DNA of 64,000 nt, taken from the NCBI GenBank assembly GCA_013360215.1, contig JABWCP010000017.1, positions 1 through 64,000 on the forward strand. The letters run 5' to 3'. The notes beneath the pieces are model-generated. The model was not told the origin of the DNA. It was given only the letters and a program-made list of their open reading frames with translations, and did no database searches. The translations under genes and the position numbers were made by a program. Positions 1-10,400 of this stretch are shown piece after piece (the stretch's first letter is position 1; every line of letters begins with the position of its first letter). Origin of the DNA: a bacterium. GTDB taxonomy: Bacteria > CLD3 > SB21.

Positions 1-1
1 G

Positions 2-130
<129 letters not shown>

Positions 131-141
131 GAAGAAAAATA

Positions 142-166
142 TCCCTCCGGCGCAGCGTCGGAGGGA
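142..166 (+). other. Stem-loop between tuf and tRNA-Trp (processing site or weak terminator)
   Basis: TCCCTCCGGCG-CAG-CGTCGGAGGGA inverted repeat; only a weak U-tract follows. Confidence 0.5.
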
Positions 167-173
167 CTTGTTT

Positions 174-246
174 AGGGGAGTGGCTCAATTGGCAGAGCGG
201 CGGTCTCCAAAACCGTAGGTTGCAGGTTCAAGTCCTGTCTCCCCTG
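174..246 (+). tRNA. trnW: tRNA-Trp (CCA anticodon), 3' CCA not encoded
   Basis: Cloverleaf: acceptor AGGGGAG/CTCCCCT, anticodon arm GCGGT-CTCCAAA-ACCGT, T-loop TTCAAGT; usual position before secE. Confidence 0.97.
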
Positions 247-275
247 CGAAAAAATATTCAGGAGTTAAGGAACAA

Positions 276-458
276 ATGAACAGAATAAAAGAATTTTTTA
301 TGAGCGTGCAGACCGAAATGAAAAAAGTGTCTTGGCCTACACGTGAAGAGTTGATGGGTTCTACGGGAGTTGTTATGGTCCTTTGGCTCATATTGTCGTT
401 GTATATTTTTACATCGGACAATGTGTTGCAAGCGATCGTAAAGAAACTCCTTCTGTAA
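276..458 (+). CDS. secE: Preprotein translocase subunit SecE
   Basis: EMKKVSWPTREEL motif plus one TM helix; synteny. Confidence 0.96.
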   Translation: MNRIKEFFMSVQTEMKKVSWPTREELMGSTGVVMVLWLILSLYIFTSDNVLQAIVKKLLL

Positions 459-482
459 TCGGATTTATTAAAGGAATCGCAA

Positions 483-1082
483 GTGGAAAACACGGAAAAA
501 ACGGATTCTCCTGAAATTGTGACGAAAGATGCACCGCGTCCTGAAAATACACGTTGGTATACGTTACGTGTGTACTCAGGTCAGGAGGCCAAAGTTCGCG
601 ATCATATCAAAAGTGAACTCGAGATAGCCGGTCTTAAAGATCTCGTTTTTCGCATTATGATTCCCGAAGAAACCATCGTCGAAATGAAGAACGGTAAAAA
701 GAAAGAAAAAACACGTTCCTTTTTACCGGGATATATGATTATTGAAATGGTGGACGATAAACGTGTGCAACATGTAATCACCAACACACCCGGCGTTGTG
801 AGTTTTGTAGGACCTAAGAATATGCCGCAACCGCTTCGTCCGGATGAAGTAGATCGTATGCTCGGTCGCATGCATGAAAAACAGACCACCGAAACGATCG
901 AAATACCTTATAAAGTGGGTGATGCTGTCAAAATCATTGATGGTCCTTTTGCGGATTTCAACGGTTTTATTGATGAAATCAACTACGAAAAGAAAAAACT
1001 CAAAGTCATGGTCAGTATTTTTGGCCGTTCGACACCGGTGGAACTGGATTTTCTCCAGGTAAAAACCGTAACGAATTCATAA
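483..1082 (+). CDS. nusG: Transcription termination/antitermination factor NusG (GTG start)
   Basis: WYTLRVYSGQE, FLPGY, GPFADFNG, VSIFGRSTPVEL motifs. Confidence 0.98.
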   Translation: MENTEKTDSPEIVTKDAPRPENTRWYTLRVYSGQEAKVRDHIKSELEIAGLKDLVFRIMIPEETIVEMKNGKKKEKTRSFLPGYMIIEMVDDKRVQHVITNTPGVVSFVGPKNMPQPLRPDEVDRMLGRMHEKQTTETIEIPYKVGDAVKIIDGPFADFNGFIDEINYEKKKLKVMVSIFGRSTPVELDFLQVKTVTNS

Positions 1083-1107
1083 TTAAACACACAACGGAGA
1101 ATCAACT

Positions 1108-1530
1108 GTGAAAAAAGTTGTCGCTCAAATTAAGTTGCAGATTTCTGCCGGTGCAGCCAATCCGCAACCGCCGATCGGTCCGGCTCTCGGTCAGCACGGC
1201 GTGAACATCATGGAATTTTGTAAGGCGTTTAACGCCAAGACCCAGGATCAGAAGGGTATGATCATTCCGGTGATCATAACGGTCTATTCGGATCGTTCGT
1301 TTACATTTATCCTCAAAACGCCTCCGGCTGCCATTTTGATCAAAAAAGCGATCAATTTGGAAAAAGGTTCGGCCCAACCGAATCGTAACAAAGTAGGCAA
1401 AATTTCTCGCGCTAAGCTGATGGAGATTGCTAAAATCAAATTGCCCGACCTCAATACTAAAGATATCAAATCGGCTACGAGCATGATGGAAGGTACCGCA
1501 AAGAGCTTGGGTCTGGATATTATTGATTAA
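1108..1530 (+). CDS. rplK: 50S ribosomal protein L11 (GTG start)
   Basis: [29 protein letters not shown] motif; GGAG SD upstream. Confidence 0.98.
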   Translation: MKKVVAQIKLQISAGAANPQPPIGPALGQHGVNIMEFCKAFNAKTQDQKGMIIPVIITVYSDRSFTFILKTPPAAILIKKAINLEKGSAQPNRNKVGKISRAKLMEIAKIKLPDLNTKDIKSATSMMEGTAKSLGLDIID

Positions 1531-1552
1531 TTTCTAATTTACTCATAACACA

Positions 1553-1599
1553 CCACGTCCGTGAGGCATGTGGGAGAACCAGTATGTGCCGTATGCACA
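1553..1599 (+). promoter_or_regulatory. Structured rplK-rplA spacer, candidate L1 autoregulatory site
   Basis: GNRA-capped hairpin CCACGTCC-GTGA-GGCATGTGG overlapping TGTGGGAG...CCGTATGCACA, which resembles L1-binding leaders. Confidence 0.35.
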
Positions 1600-1621
1600 G
1601 AAAATTCGCAAAAGGAGAACT

Positions 1622-2326
1622 ATGAAAAAACACAGCAAACGCTTTAAAGCGGCTGTCGCAAAGATCGAGAAAGGTAAGGAATATTCCATTTCCGATACTT
1701 TCAAAATGATCAAAGAAACCGCCACAACTAAATTTACAGAAACGGTTGATGTGGCTGTCAATCTCGGTGTTGATCCGAAACACGCCGATCAAGCGCTTCG
1801 CGGGACGGTTATGTTACCGCATGGTAATGGCCGTACGGTGCGTGTCCTTGTGATCACCAAAACCAAAGAAAAAGAAGCCAAAGAAGCCGGTGCGGATTTG
1901 GTTGGTTTTGATGAATATCTGCAAAAGATCAAAGAGGGTTGGACGGATATAGATGTGATCGTAGCTACACCCGAAGCTATGATTGAGTTGGGTAAATTAG
2001 GTAAAGTCCTTGGCCCTAAGGGCCTCATGCCTAATCCGAAAAGCGGAACTGTCACACCGGATGTTACCAAGGCGGTAAAAGAAGTGAAAGCCGGTCGTGT
2101 GGAATTTCGCGTTGATAAGCAAGGTAATGTACACGTTGGTATCGGCAAATCGTCGTTTGATGCCAAACAGCTTGAAGAAAATTTCAAGAGCTTTATGACT
2201 ACGATTATTCGTATGAAGCCGGCTACGGCGAAAGGTACATACTTGAAAAGTGTGCATGTTTCCACGAGTATGGGACCTTCAGTCAAAGTCAGCAACACGG
2301 AAGTGGGCGGACTGACGATACACTAA
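1622..2326 (+). CDS. rplA: 50S ribosomal protein L1 (start reassigned to ATG 1622)
   Basis: KFTETVDVAVNLGVDPK, LGPKGLMPNPKSGTVT motifs; AAAGGAG SD before ATG 1622. Confidence 0.98.
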   Translation: MKKHSKRFKAAVAKIEKGKEYSISDTFKMIKETATTKFTETVDVAVNLGVDPKHADQALRGTVMLPHGNGRTVRVLVITKTKEKEAKEAGADLVGFDEYLQKIKEGWTDIDVIVATPEAMIELGKLGKVLGPKGLMPNPKSGTVTPDVTKAVKEVKAGRVEFRVDKQGNVHVGIGKSSFDAKQLEENFKSFMTTIIRMKPATAKGTYLKSVHVSTSMGPSVKVSNTEVGGLTIH

Positions 2327-2360
2327 TTAACGCGTTGTCAAACACTAAACATCTACGACC

Positions 2361-2888
2361 ATGAAAAAAGAAAATAAAGAACAGATCATAGCGGACCTCG
2401 CTGATAAATTCCAGAAGGCCTCCAGCCTCTATCTGACGGATTTTACGGGTATCAATGTGATCAAAATGGAACAGCTCCGTAATAAATTTCGTGAAACCAA
2501 TTCGGAATTTAAAGTTGTCAAAAACACATTAGCCAAACAAGCGCTCAATAAAGCCGGCTATACGGTTGATCTGAGCAAGTATTTGCAAGGACCGACGGGT
2601 ATTGCATTTGGTTACGATGATGCGGTTGCTCCGGCGAAAGTTATATCGGAGTTTCTCAAAGAAAAAGAAAACGATAATCTCAAAGTTAAAATCTGTATTA
2701 TCGAAAAAGAAATGTATGCCGCATCGAAGATCGGCGACATTGCGAAAATGCCTAATAAGAAAGACATGCTGGCTCAGCTTGTCGGCCTTTTCAATTCGCC
2801 GATGCAGAATGTGGTGATGGTACTCAATGCCCCGATGCAAAATCTCGTGGGTGTGCTAGAGTCCCTGAAAAACCAAAAAGCAGCTTAA
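2361..2888 (+). CDS. rplJ: 50S ribosomal protein L10
   Basis: VVKNTLAKQAL, LQGPTGIAF motifs; synteny. Confidence 0.97.
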   Translation: MKKENKEQIIADLADKFQKASSLYLTDFTGINVIKMEQLRNKFRETNSEFKVVKNTLAKQALNKAGYTVDLSKYLQGPTGIAFGYDDAVAPAKVISEFLKEKENDNLKVKICIIEKEMYAASKIGDIAKMPNKKDMLAQLVGLFNSPMQNVVMVLNAPMQNLVGVLESLKNQKAA

Positions 2889-2981
2889 TTTTTCATTCAT
2901 TCATTAACGTTTGCGGCCTTAATATGTTGTCCGTGTAAGTGTTGCGGATAACCGGTTGCAACAAAAGTCAGGAGTCCTAAA

Positions 2982-3371
2982 ATGGCTATCTCTCGCGCAG
3001 ATGTACTGGAATATCTTGCCAGTGCTAACATGATGGAAATCGGCGAACTGGTCAAAGAAATCAAGTCCAAGTTCGGTGTCGAAATTGCAGCCCCTGTTGC
3101 AGTAGCAGCAGCTCCGGGCGGTGCTCCGGGTGCCGGTGCAGCCGCTGCAGCTGAAGAAAAGACCGAATTTACAGTGAAGCTCACCAACGCCGGTGACAAA
3201 AAAATCCAGGTGATCAAAGTCCTCCGCGAAATCACCAATCTCGGCCTCAAAGAAGCTAAAGATGCTGTTGATGCAACGCCCGCCGTTGTCAAAGAAGGCG
3301 TATCGAAAGATGAAGCCGAAAAAATCAAAGCGAAATTTGCTGAAGTCGGCGCTACCGTCGAAGTTGCTTAA
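2982..3371 (+). CDS. rplL: 50S ribosomal protein L7/L12
   Basis: Ala-rich hinge, [31 protein letters not shown] motifs. Confidence 0.98.
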   Translation: MAISRADVLEYLASANMMEIGELVKEIKSKFGVEIAAPVAVAAAPGGAPGAGAAAAAEEKTEFTVKLTNAGDKKIQVIKVLREITNLGLKEAKDAVDATPAVVKEGVSKDEAEKIKAKFAEVGATVEVA

Positions 3372-3389
3372 TCGTTTTTGGATTGATAA

Positions 3390-3428
3390 GGAAGGCAGTT
3401 GGAATCCAACTGCCTTCCAATGTTTTTT
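3390..3428 (+). terminator. Intrinsic terminator/attenuator after rplL
   Basis: 14-bp perfect inverted repeat GGAAGGCAGTTGGA-A-TCCAACTGCCTTCC followed by AATGTTTTTT. Confidence 0.75.
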
Positions 3429-3615
3429 GAATTTTTGAAAAATACGCGGAGAACGTTAAAAACGATTTTGCGCTCTCGGCGTGTTTTTTAGTTTTGATCC
3501 GATAAAGAAATCCAGGCGATAATATGGGTTTCTCCCGCAAGCGAACATGCCTTTCGCTTTTTCTACAAAAAAATTAAGAGTTTTCTGACAACCTTAATTA
3601 AAAGGCAGGATTCCA

Positions 3616-6600
3616 TTGAGTACAAAAAAAGTTATTGAGCGTGTGAACTTCGCCAAAAATCCGAGCGTAGTTCCCATGCCGGATCTTCTGGAAATCCAGA
3701 TTGATTCCTATAAAGAATTTTTGCAGGAAGATGTTCCTGCAGAAAAACGGACCAATACCGGTCTTCAGAATGTATTTTTGAGTAATTTTCCGGTAGACGA
3801 TGCTAAAGAATTGTTCAAACTTGAATTTCTGAAGTATTACGTCGAACGTCCTAAATATGACGTCCGCGAATGCCAGGAACGCGGTGTTTCGTTTTCTGTT
3901 CCTTTGAAAGCGACGTTGCGTCTGATCAGCAAAAAATCAGCGGATGACAAGCATCCCGAGATCATCGAACAGGATGTATATCTCGGTAACCTTCCGTACA
4001 TAACGGAGAAGGGTACCTTTGTTATCAACGGTGCAGAACGCGTCATCGTAAGCCAGCTTCACCGTTCCCCGGGCGTATTTTTTGACGAATCGCTGCATCC
4101 GAACGGAACCAAGATGTTTTCGGCGCGCGTCATACCTTTCCGCGGTTCGTGGATAGAGTTCACGACGGACATCAACGATGTCATGTATGTGTTTATTGAC
4201 CGTAAAAAGAAATTCCCCGTAACGACGTTTTTACGTGCTTTGGGCTATTCGTCGGACCGCGACATGCTCAAGCTTTTTAATATTATTGACGAAGTGGAAA
4301 TCTCCAAGATTGACGGCGATAAGATTATGGGCCGTAAATTGGCGTTAGATATCGTCAATGAGGAAACCGGCGAAATTATTGCCGAACGCGAAACTGAACT
4401 GACCGAAGAAACTTTTGCCAAGCTCAAACGCAGCAAAATCAAAAAAATTGATTTGATCAAAGCCGAAGAAGTCATTCCGGAAGTGATCGCCAATACGATT
4501 CGTAAAGACGTTACCAAAGATGAAAAAGAAGCTTTGGAAACGATTTACCGTCAACTTCGCTCCGGCGATGCGCCGGATCTGGAAACGGCGCGCGGGCTTT
4601 TGGAACGTCAATTTTTTAATTCCAAACGTTATGATCTTGGCGATGTAGGACGTAATCGTATCAATAAACGTCTGAGCCTCAATATACCGGAATCGGTTAC
4701 GGTTCTTACCAAAGATGATATTATCGCGATCATCAAAGCATTGATAGAATTGCGCGACGGCATTCGCCAAACCGACGATATAGACCATCTTGGAAATCGT
4801 CGTGTGAAAACCGTCGGTGAGCAGCTCGCCGGACAATTCAGTGTAGCTTTGACGCGTATGACACGTACGATCAAAGAACGTATGAACCTGCGCGATAATG
4901 AAAATCTGACACCACAAGATCTTGTCAATGCGCGTACGGTATCCAGCGTAATCAATACGTTTTTCGGTACCAGCCAGCTTTCACAGTTTATGGATCAGAC
5001 GAACCCGTTATCCGAGTTGACGCATAAACGTCGTCTCTCGGCTCTCGGACCGGGCGGCCTTACGCGTGAACGCGCAGGATTTGAAGTGCGTGACGTGCAC
5101 TATACGCACTACGGTCGTCTTTGCCCGGTCGAAACACCGGAAGGCCCGAATATCGGTCTTATTTCTTCACTTTGCCTTTTTGCGCGAGTGAATCGGTACG
5201 GGTTTATCGAAACGCCTTATCGTAAAGTCGTCAAAGGTCGTGTACAGGAAAATATTGAATTTCTGATTGCCAGCGACGAAGACGGCATGACGATCGCGCA
5301 AGCGAACGAACCGATCGACAAAAAAGGTTCTTTTGACAATGAATTCGTAAAAGCGCGTAAAGAAGGTGATTTTCCGGTGGTAACTCCGGATGAAATCCAG
5401 TTCATGGATATTTCGCCTGCGCAGATTGTATCGCCGGCGGCCGCGTTGATTCCATTCCTTGAACACGATGACGCCAACCGCGCACTGATGGGATCTAACA
5501 TGCAACGTCAAGCGGTGCCGTTGCTTGTGCCGGAAGCACCGATCGTAGGTACCGGTCTTGAACGCACCGTGGCTGTGGATTCACGCTCGGTTATCATTTC
5601 GGATATTGACGGTGTGGTCGAAGATGTTTCAGCAACAGAAATCACCATCCGTAAGAAAACCATGGGCGGAAAGAAAGGTAAAGACTCTGTTTCGGATACG
5701 ATGACGTATCGGTTACTGAAGTTTTTCCGTACCAATCAAGATACGTGTATCAATCAACGCCCGATCGTCTCTGTAGGTGATGAAGTGAAAGCCGGACAAA
5801 TTATTGCTGACGGGTGTTCGACCGAACGCGGTGATCTTGCTCTCGGTCGTAACGTGTTGGCGGCTTTCATGCCGTGGCGCGGTTATAACTTCGAAGATGC
5901 TATCATTCTGAGCGAACGCGTGATACGTGATGACGTATTTACGTCAATACACATCGAAGAGTATGAAATACAGGTACGTGATACCAAACGCGGCGAAGAA
6001 GAACTTACGCGCGAAATTCCCAACGTCAGCGAAGAAGCGACGAAGGATCTTGATGAAAACGGTGTTATCCGTGTCGGTGCAGAAGTATTGGCCGGTGATA
6101 TTCTTGTAGGAAAAGTAACACCTAAAGGTGAAACGGATCCTACGCCGGAAGAAAAACTTCTGAAAGCGATTTTCGGAGATAAAGCCGGTGATGTCAAGGA
6201 CGCATCCCTCAAAGCGCCTCCGGGCATGAAGGGGATTGTCATTTCGACCAAACTTTTCAGCCGTAAGAAAAAAGATACAGAATCCAAAAAAGAAGATAAG
6301 AAGAAGCTCGAAGAATTGGAAAACGAACTTAAAAAACAAGTTCGCCGTTTGAAATCCAACTTGCGCGATGAGTTGACCAAACTGCTTGTCGGCAAAGTAT
6401 CGGCAGGCGTTGTCTACACGGACGGTTCCGAGTTTTTGAAAAAAGGTAAAAAATTTACCGAAGATTCTTTCAAAAATTTGGACCCTGCGGAAATCAACCT
6501 GCAGGAAAGCCGTTGGACGGATGATGAAGAAACAAACGAGATGGCCAATTTCTTATTTGACAACTTTGAACGCAATGCCGAAGAAGTCGAAACGGAATAC

Positions 6601-7374
6601 AATTCCGAGAAATTCAAAGTCCAGGTTGGGGATGAATTGCCTCCGGGAATTGTACAGTTGGCTAAAGTCCAGGTTGCTAAGAAACGCAAAATCTCGGTCG
6701 GCGATAAGATGGCAGGACGTCACGGAAACAAAGGCGTTGTGTCCAAAATCGTTCCCACTGAAGATATGCCATTTCTGAGCGACGGTACACCTGTTGACGT
6801 GATTCTCAATCCGCTCGGAGTGCCTTCGCGTATGAATCTTGGACAGATATTTGAAACTTCGCTCGGTTGGGCGGGTAAGATTCTCGGCAAACACTATGAA
6901 ACCAACGTGTTTGACGGAGCGAAGATATCCGATGTAAAAAACGAATTACGTTTGGCCGGTTTACCGGATCATGGTAAAGTGCGCTTGACTGACGGACGAA
7001 CCGGTGATCGCTTCGATCAGGAAACTATGGTCGGCTACATCTACATGATGAAACTAAACCACCTTGTCGATGATAAGATCCATAGCCGTTCTATCGGTCC
7101 GTACTCACTCATCACGCAACAGCCCTTGGGCGGTAAGGCTCAGTTTGGCGGTCAGCGTTTTGGTGAAATGGAAGTGTGGGCGCTTGAAGCCTACGGCGCG
7201 GCTTACATTCTGCAAGAAATTCTCACGTACAAATCCGATGATGTCGGCGGACGTGCGAAAGTGTACGAGGCCATCGTTAAAGGCGATAATTTGCCTGAAC
7301 CGGGTGTTCCCGAATCATTTAACGTGCTTGTACGCGAATTGCAGGGTCTTGGCCTTGAAGTAAAAATTGAGTAA
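3616..7374 (+). CDS. rpoB: DNA-directed RNA polymerase subunit beta (TTG start)
   Basis: SQLSQFMDQTNPLSELTHKRRLSALGPGG, GDKMAGRHGNKG, GGQRFGEMEVWALEAYGA motifs. Confidence 0.99.
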   Translation: MSTKKVIERVNFAKNPSVVPMPDLLEIQIDSYKEFLQEDVPAEKRTNTGLQNVFLSNFPVDDAKELFKLEFLKYYVERPKYDVRECQERGVSFSVPLKATLRLISKKSADDKHPEIIEQDVYLGNLPYITEKGTFVINGAERVIVSQLHRSPGVFFDESLHPNGTKMFSARVIPFRGSWIEFTTDINDVMYVFIDRKKKFPVTTFLRALGYSSDRDMLKLFNIIDEVEISKIDGDKIMGRKLALDIVNEETGEIIAERETELTEETFAKLKRSKIKKIDLIKAEEVIPEVIANTIRKDVTKDEKEALETIYRQLRSGDAPDLETARGLLERQFFNSKRYDLGDVGRNRINKRLSLNIPESVTVLTKDDIIAIIKALIELRDGIRQTDDIDHLGNRRVKTVGEQLAGQFSVALTRMTRTIKERMNLRDNENLTPQDLVNARTVSSVINTFFGTSQLSQFMDQTNPLSELTHKRRLSALGPGGLTRERAGFEVRDVHYTHYGRLCPVETPEGPNIGLISSLCLFARVNRYGFIETPYRKVVKGRVQENIEFLIASDEDGMTIAQANEPIDKKGSFDNEFVKARKEGDFPVVTPDEIQFMDISPAQIVSPAAALIPFLEHDDANRALMGSNMQRQAVPLLVPEAPIVGTGLERTVAVDSRSVIISDIDGVVEDVSATEITIRKKTMGGKKGKDSVSDTMTYRLLKFFRTNQDTCINQRPIVSVGDEVKAGQIIADGCSTERGDLALGRNVLAAFMPWRGYNFEDAIILSERVIRDDVFTSIHIEEYEIQVRDTKRGEEELTREIPNVSEEATKDLDENGVIRVGAEVLAGDILVGKVTPKGETDPTPEEKLLKAIFGDKAGDVKDASLKAPPGMKGIVISTKLFSRKKKDTESKKEDKKKLEELENELKKQVRRLKSNLRDELTKLLVGKVSAGVVYTDGSEFLKKGKKFTEDSFKNLDPAEINLQESRWTDDEETNEMANFLFDNFERNAEEVETEYNSEKFKVQVGDELPPGIVQLAKVQVAKKRKISVGDKMAGRHGNKGVVSKIVPTEDMPFLSDGTPVDVILNPLGVPSRMNLGQIFETSLGWAGKILGKHYETNVFDGAKISDVKNELRLAGLPDHGKVRLTDGRTGDRFDQETMVGYIYMMKLNHLVDDKIHSRSIGPYSLITQQPLGGKAQFGGQRFGEMEVWALEAYGAAYILQEILTYKSDDVGGRAKVYEAIVKGDNLPEPGVPESFNVLVRELQGLGLEVKIE

Positions 7375-7438
7375 TTGCAACGCACGTGGTGTTGTAATTT
7401 AGATTAACTCATAACGCTCCGATAAAGGAGGATCAACC

Positions 7439-10400
7439 GTGTCCATATATTTGTCCAATAACAGTTTGTCAAAAGACTTTTCAACGATCACGATCGGTAT
7501 CTCATCGCCGGATGCGATTTTGAGCCGTTCGTACGGAGAAGTCACCAAAGCGGAAACTATCAATTACCGCTCATTCAAGCCGGAAAAAGACGGTTTGTTT
7601 TGTGAGAAAATTTTCGGTCCCGTAAAGGATTGGGAATGCCACTGCGGTAAATACAAACGTATTCGCTACAAAGGCATCATCTGCGACCGTTGCGGCGTGG
7701 AAGTGACGCTCAAAGCCGTTCGTCGCGAACGCATGGGTCATATTTCGCTGGCCGTACCCGTCGTACACATTTGGTTTTTCAAATCCCTGCCGAGCAAGAT
7801 CGGTTCGCTTCTTGGTCTGAGCATCAAGCAGCTTGAAAAAATCATTTATTACGAAAACTATATCGTCGTACAGCCCGGCAAAAGCGGTCTCAAGTACAAA
7901 GATATTATCCCTGAAGAAGAGCTGTATCGTGTCAAAGAAGAGCTCGGATTGGATAATGAAAATCTGCCGAACACCGATCCCAATAAGTTTATTGCGTTAA
8001 TCGGCGGGGAAGCCGTTAAAGAATTGCTCAAGCGCGTTGATGTCGAGCAGATCTGTATTGATTTGCGTAAAGTGTTGCGCGATCCTTCGACTTCCATTCA
8101 AAAACGTTCCGATGCCTTGCGTCAGCTTCGTGTGGCCGATGCATTTCGCCTGAGCGAAGGCGCGATCGAAAACCGCCCTGAGTGGATGGTGCTCGATGTT
8201 GTGCCGGTCATTCCTCCCGAATTGCGTCCGCTCGTACCGCTTGAAGGCGGACGTTTTGCGACGAGCGATCTGAATGACTTATATCGTCGTGTCATCATAC
8301 GTAATAACCGTTTGCGCAAATTGATTGAAATCCGCGCTCCTGAGGTGATTTTGCGTAATGAAAAACGCATGCTTCAGGAATCGGTTGATTCGCTTTTTGA
8401 TAACAGCCGTAAGACCGCGGCAGTACGTAGCGACAGCAATCGTCCGTTGAAATCCTTGTCGGACATGCTCAAAGGAAAACAAGGCCGTTTCCGTCAAAAC
8501 TTGCTCGGAAAACGCGTTGATTATTCCGGTCGTTCCGTGATCGTCGTCGGACCTGAACTCAAACTTCATGAGTGCGGTTTACCCAAAGAGATGGCCGTTG
8601 AATTATTCAAGCCATTCATTATTCGTAAACTGGTCGAACGCGGTTATGTAAAAACCGTCAAGTCAGCCAAACGCATGGTAGATAAGCATGGCGCGGAAGT
8701 ATGGGAGATATTGGAAAAGATCGTTTCCGATCACCCTGTAATGCTTAACCGTGCTCCTACGTTGCACCGCCTTGGTATTCAAGCGTTTCAACCGGTGCTC
8801 GTCGAAGGCCGTGCGATCCAAGTGCACCCTCTGGTTTGCGCCGCATTTAACGCAGACTTTGACGGCGATCAGATGGCCGTTCACATTCCGCTGTCGTACG
8901 AAGCGCAAATCGAAGCGCGTATGTTGATGCTCTCGAGCCACAATATTATTCAGCCCTCCAGCGGTCGCCCGATAGCAATTCCTTCGCAGGATATTGTTTT
9001 GGGTAACTATTATCTGACTAAAGCGAAGCCCGGCGCACGCGGAGAAGGGATGCGTTTCTCATCCATTGCCGAAGTTCGTCAGGCATTTGATAACGGCGTT
9101 GCCGAATTGCATGCCAAAATCAAATTGCGTTATATCAAAGGTGAAGGCAAAACGGCTACGGTGGCGTACATTGATACGACGGTGGGTCGCTCTCTTTTCA
9201 ATGAAATCATTCCCAAAGAAATGGGATTTGTCAATGAATTGATGACAAAAAAGAAAATCGAAGAAACCGTTTCCCGCATGCATCGCGCTGCAGGAAATCT
9301 TAAGACCGTTGAATTTCTTGATAACCTCAAGATGCTTGGTTTTATGACGGCAACGCGTGCCGGTGTGTCCATCGGTATTGAGGACGTATTGACGCCTCCG
9401 AATAAAGAAGGCGTACTCAAACAAGCCTCATCGCAAGTCGAAAAAGTTCAAAAAACATACCGTATGGGTCTCATGACCGATGGTGAGCGTTACAATAAAA
9501 TTATCGACATCTGGACTCACGCATCCAATGATGTGGCGGCTTCGATGTATGAAAGCACACAAACCGATCGCGGCGGTTTTAATCCTATCTTCATGATGAT
9601 GGATTCCGGCGCTCGCGGTTCGCGTGATCAGATCAAGCAGCTCGGCGGTATGCGCGGACTTATGTCCAAACCGCAAAAGAGTATGACGGGTCAGGTCGGT
9701 GAAATCATCGAAAACCCGATCACGGCCAGCTTCAAAGAAGGTTTGTCGGTATGGGAGTACTTTATTTCAACGCACGGTGCCCGTAAAGGTCTTGCTGACA
9801 CCGCTTTGAAAACAGCTGACGCCGGTTATTTGACTCGTCGTCTTGTGGACGTTGCTCAGGACGTGATCATAACTGAAGACGATTGCGGTACGATCCTCGG
9901 CGTTAAAACGATGGCTATCAAAGAAGGCGAAGAAATCAAAGAGTCACTCGGTGAACGCTGCCTCGGCCGTGTAGCTGCGGATGACGTGATAGATCCTTCG
10001 ACAGGTAAAGTGGCTATCGAAGCCGGTGAACTTATCGATGAAGCCAAAGCTGAAATGCTGAATAACTCAGCCATCGAAATGGTTGAAATTCGTTCTGTAC
10101 TTACTTGCGAATCCAAACGCGGAGTATGTGCTAAGTGTTACGGACGTAATCTTGCAACCGGTAACGTTGTAAATATGGGCGAAGCCGTCGGTGTTATGGC
10201 TGCCCAGTCCATCGGTGAACCGGGTACACAGCTTACTCTGCGTACATTCCACATCGGCGGTGTGGCTGCACGCGTCGGTGAATTACCGCAAGCGCTTTCC
10301 AAGTCGGACGGCAAAGTTGTTTTCGCGCCGGGTATGAAAATGCTCGAACGTCAAACCGATGGTATCGTGATTTCACTAAGCCGCAACGGACGTATTGAAC

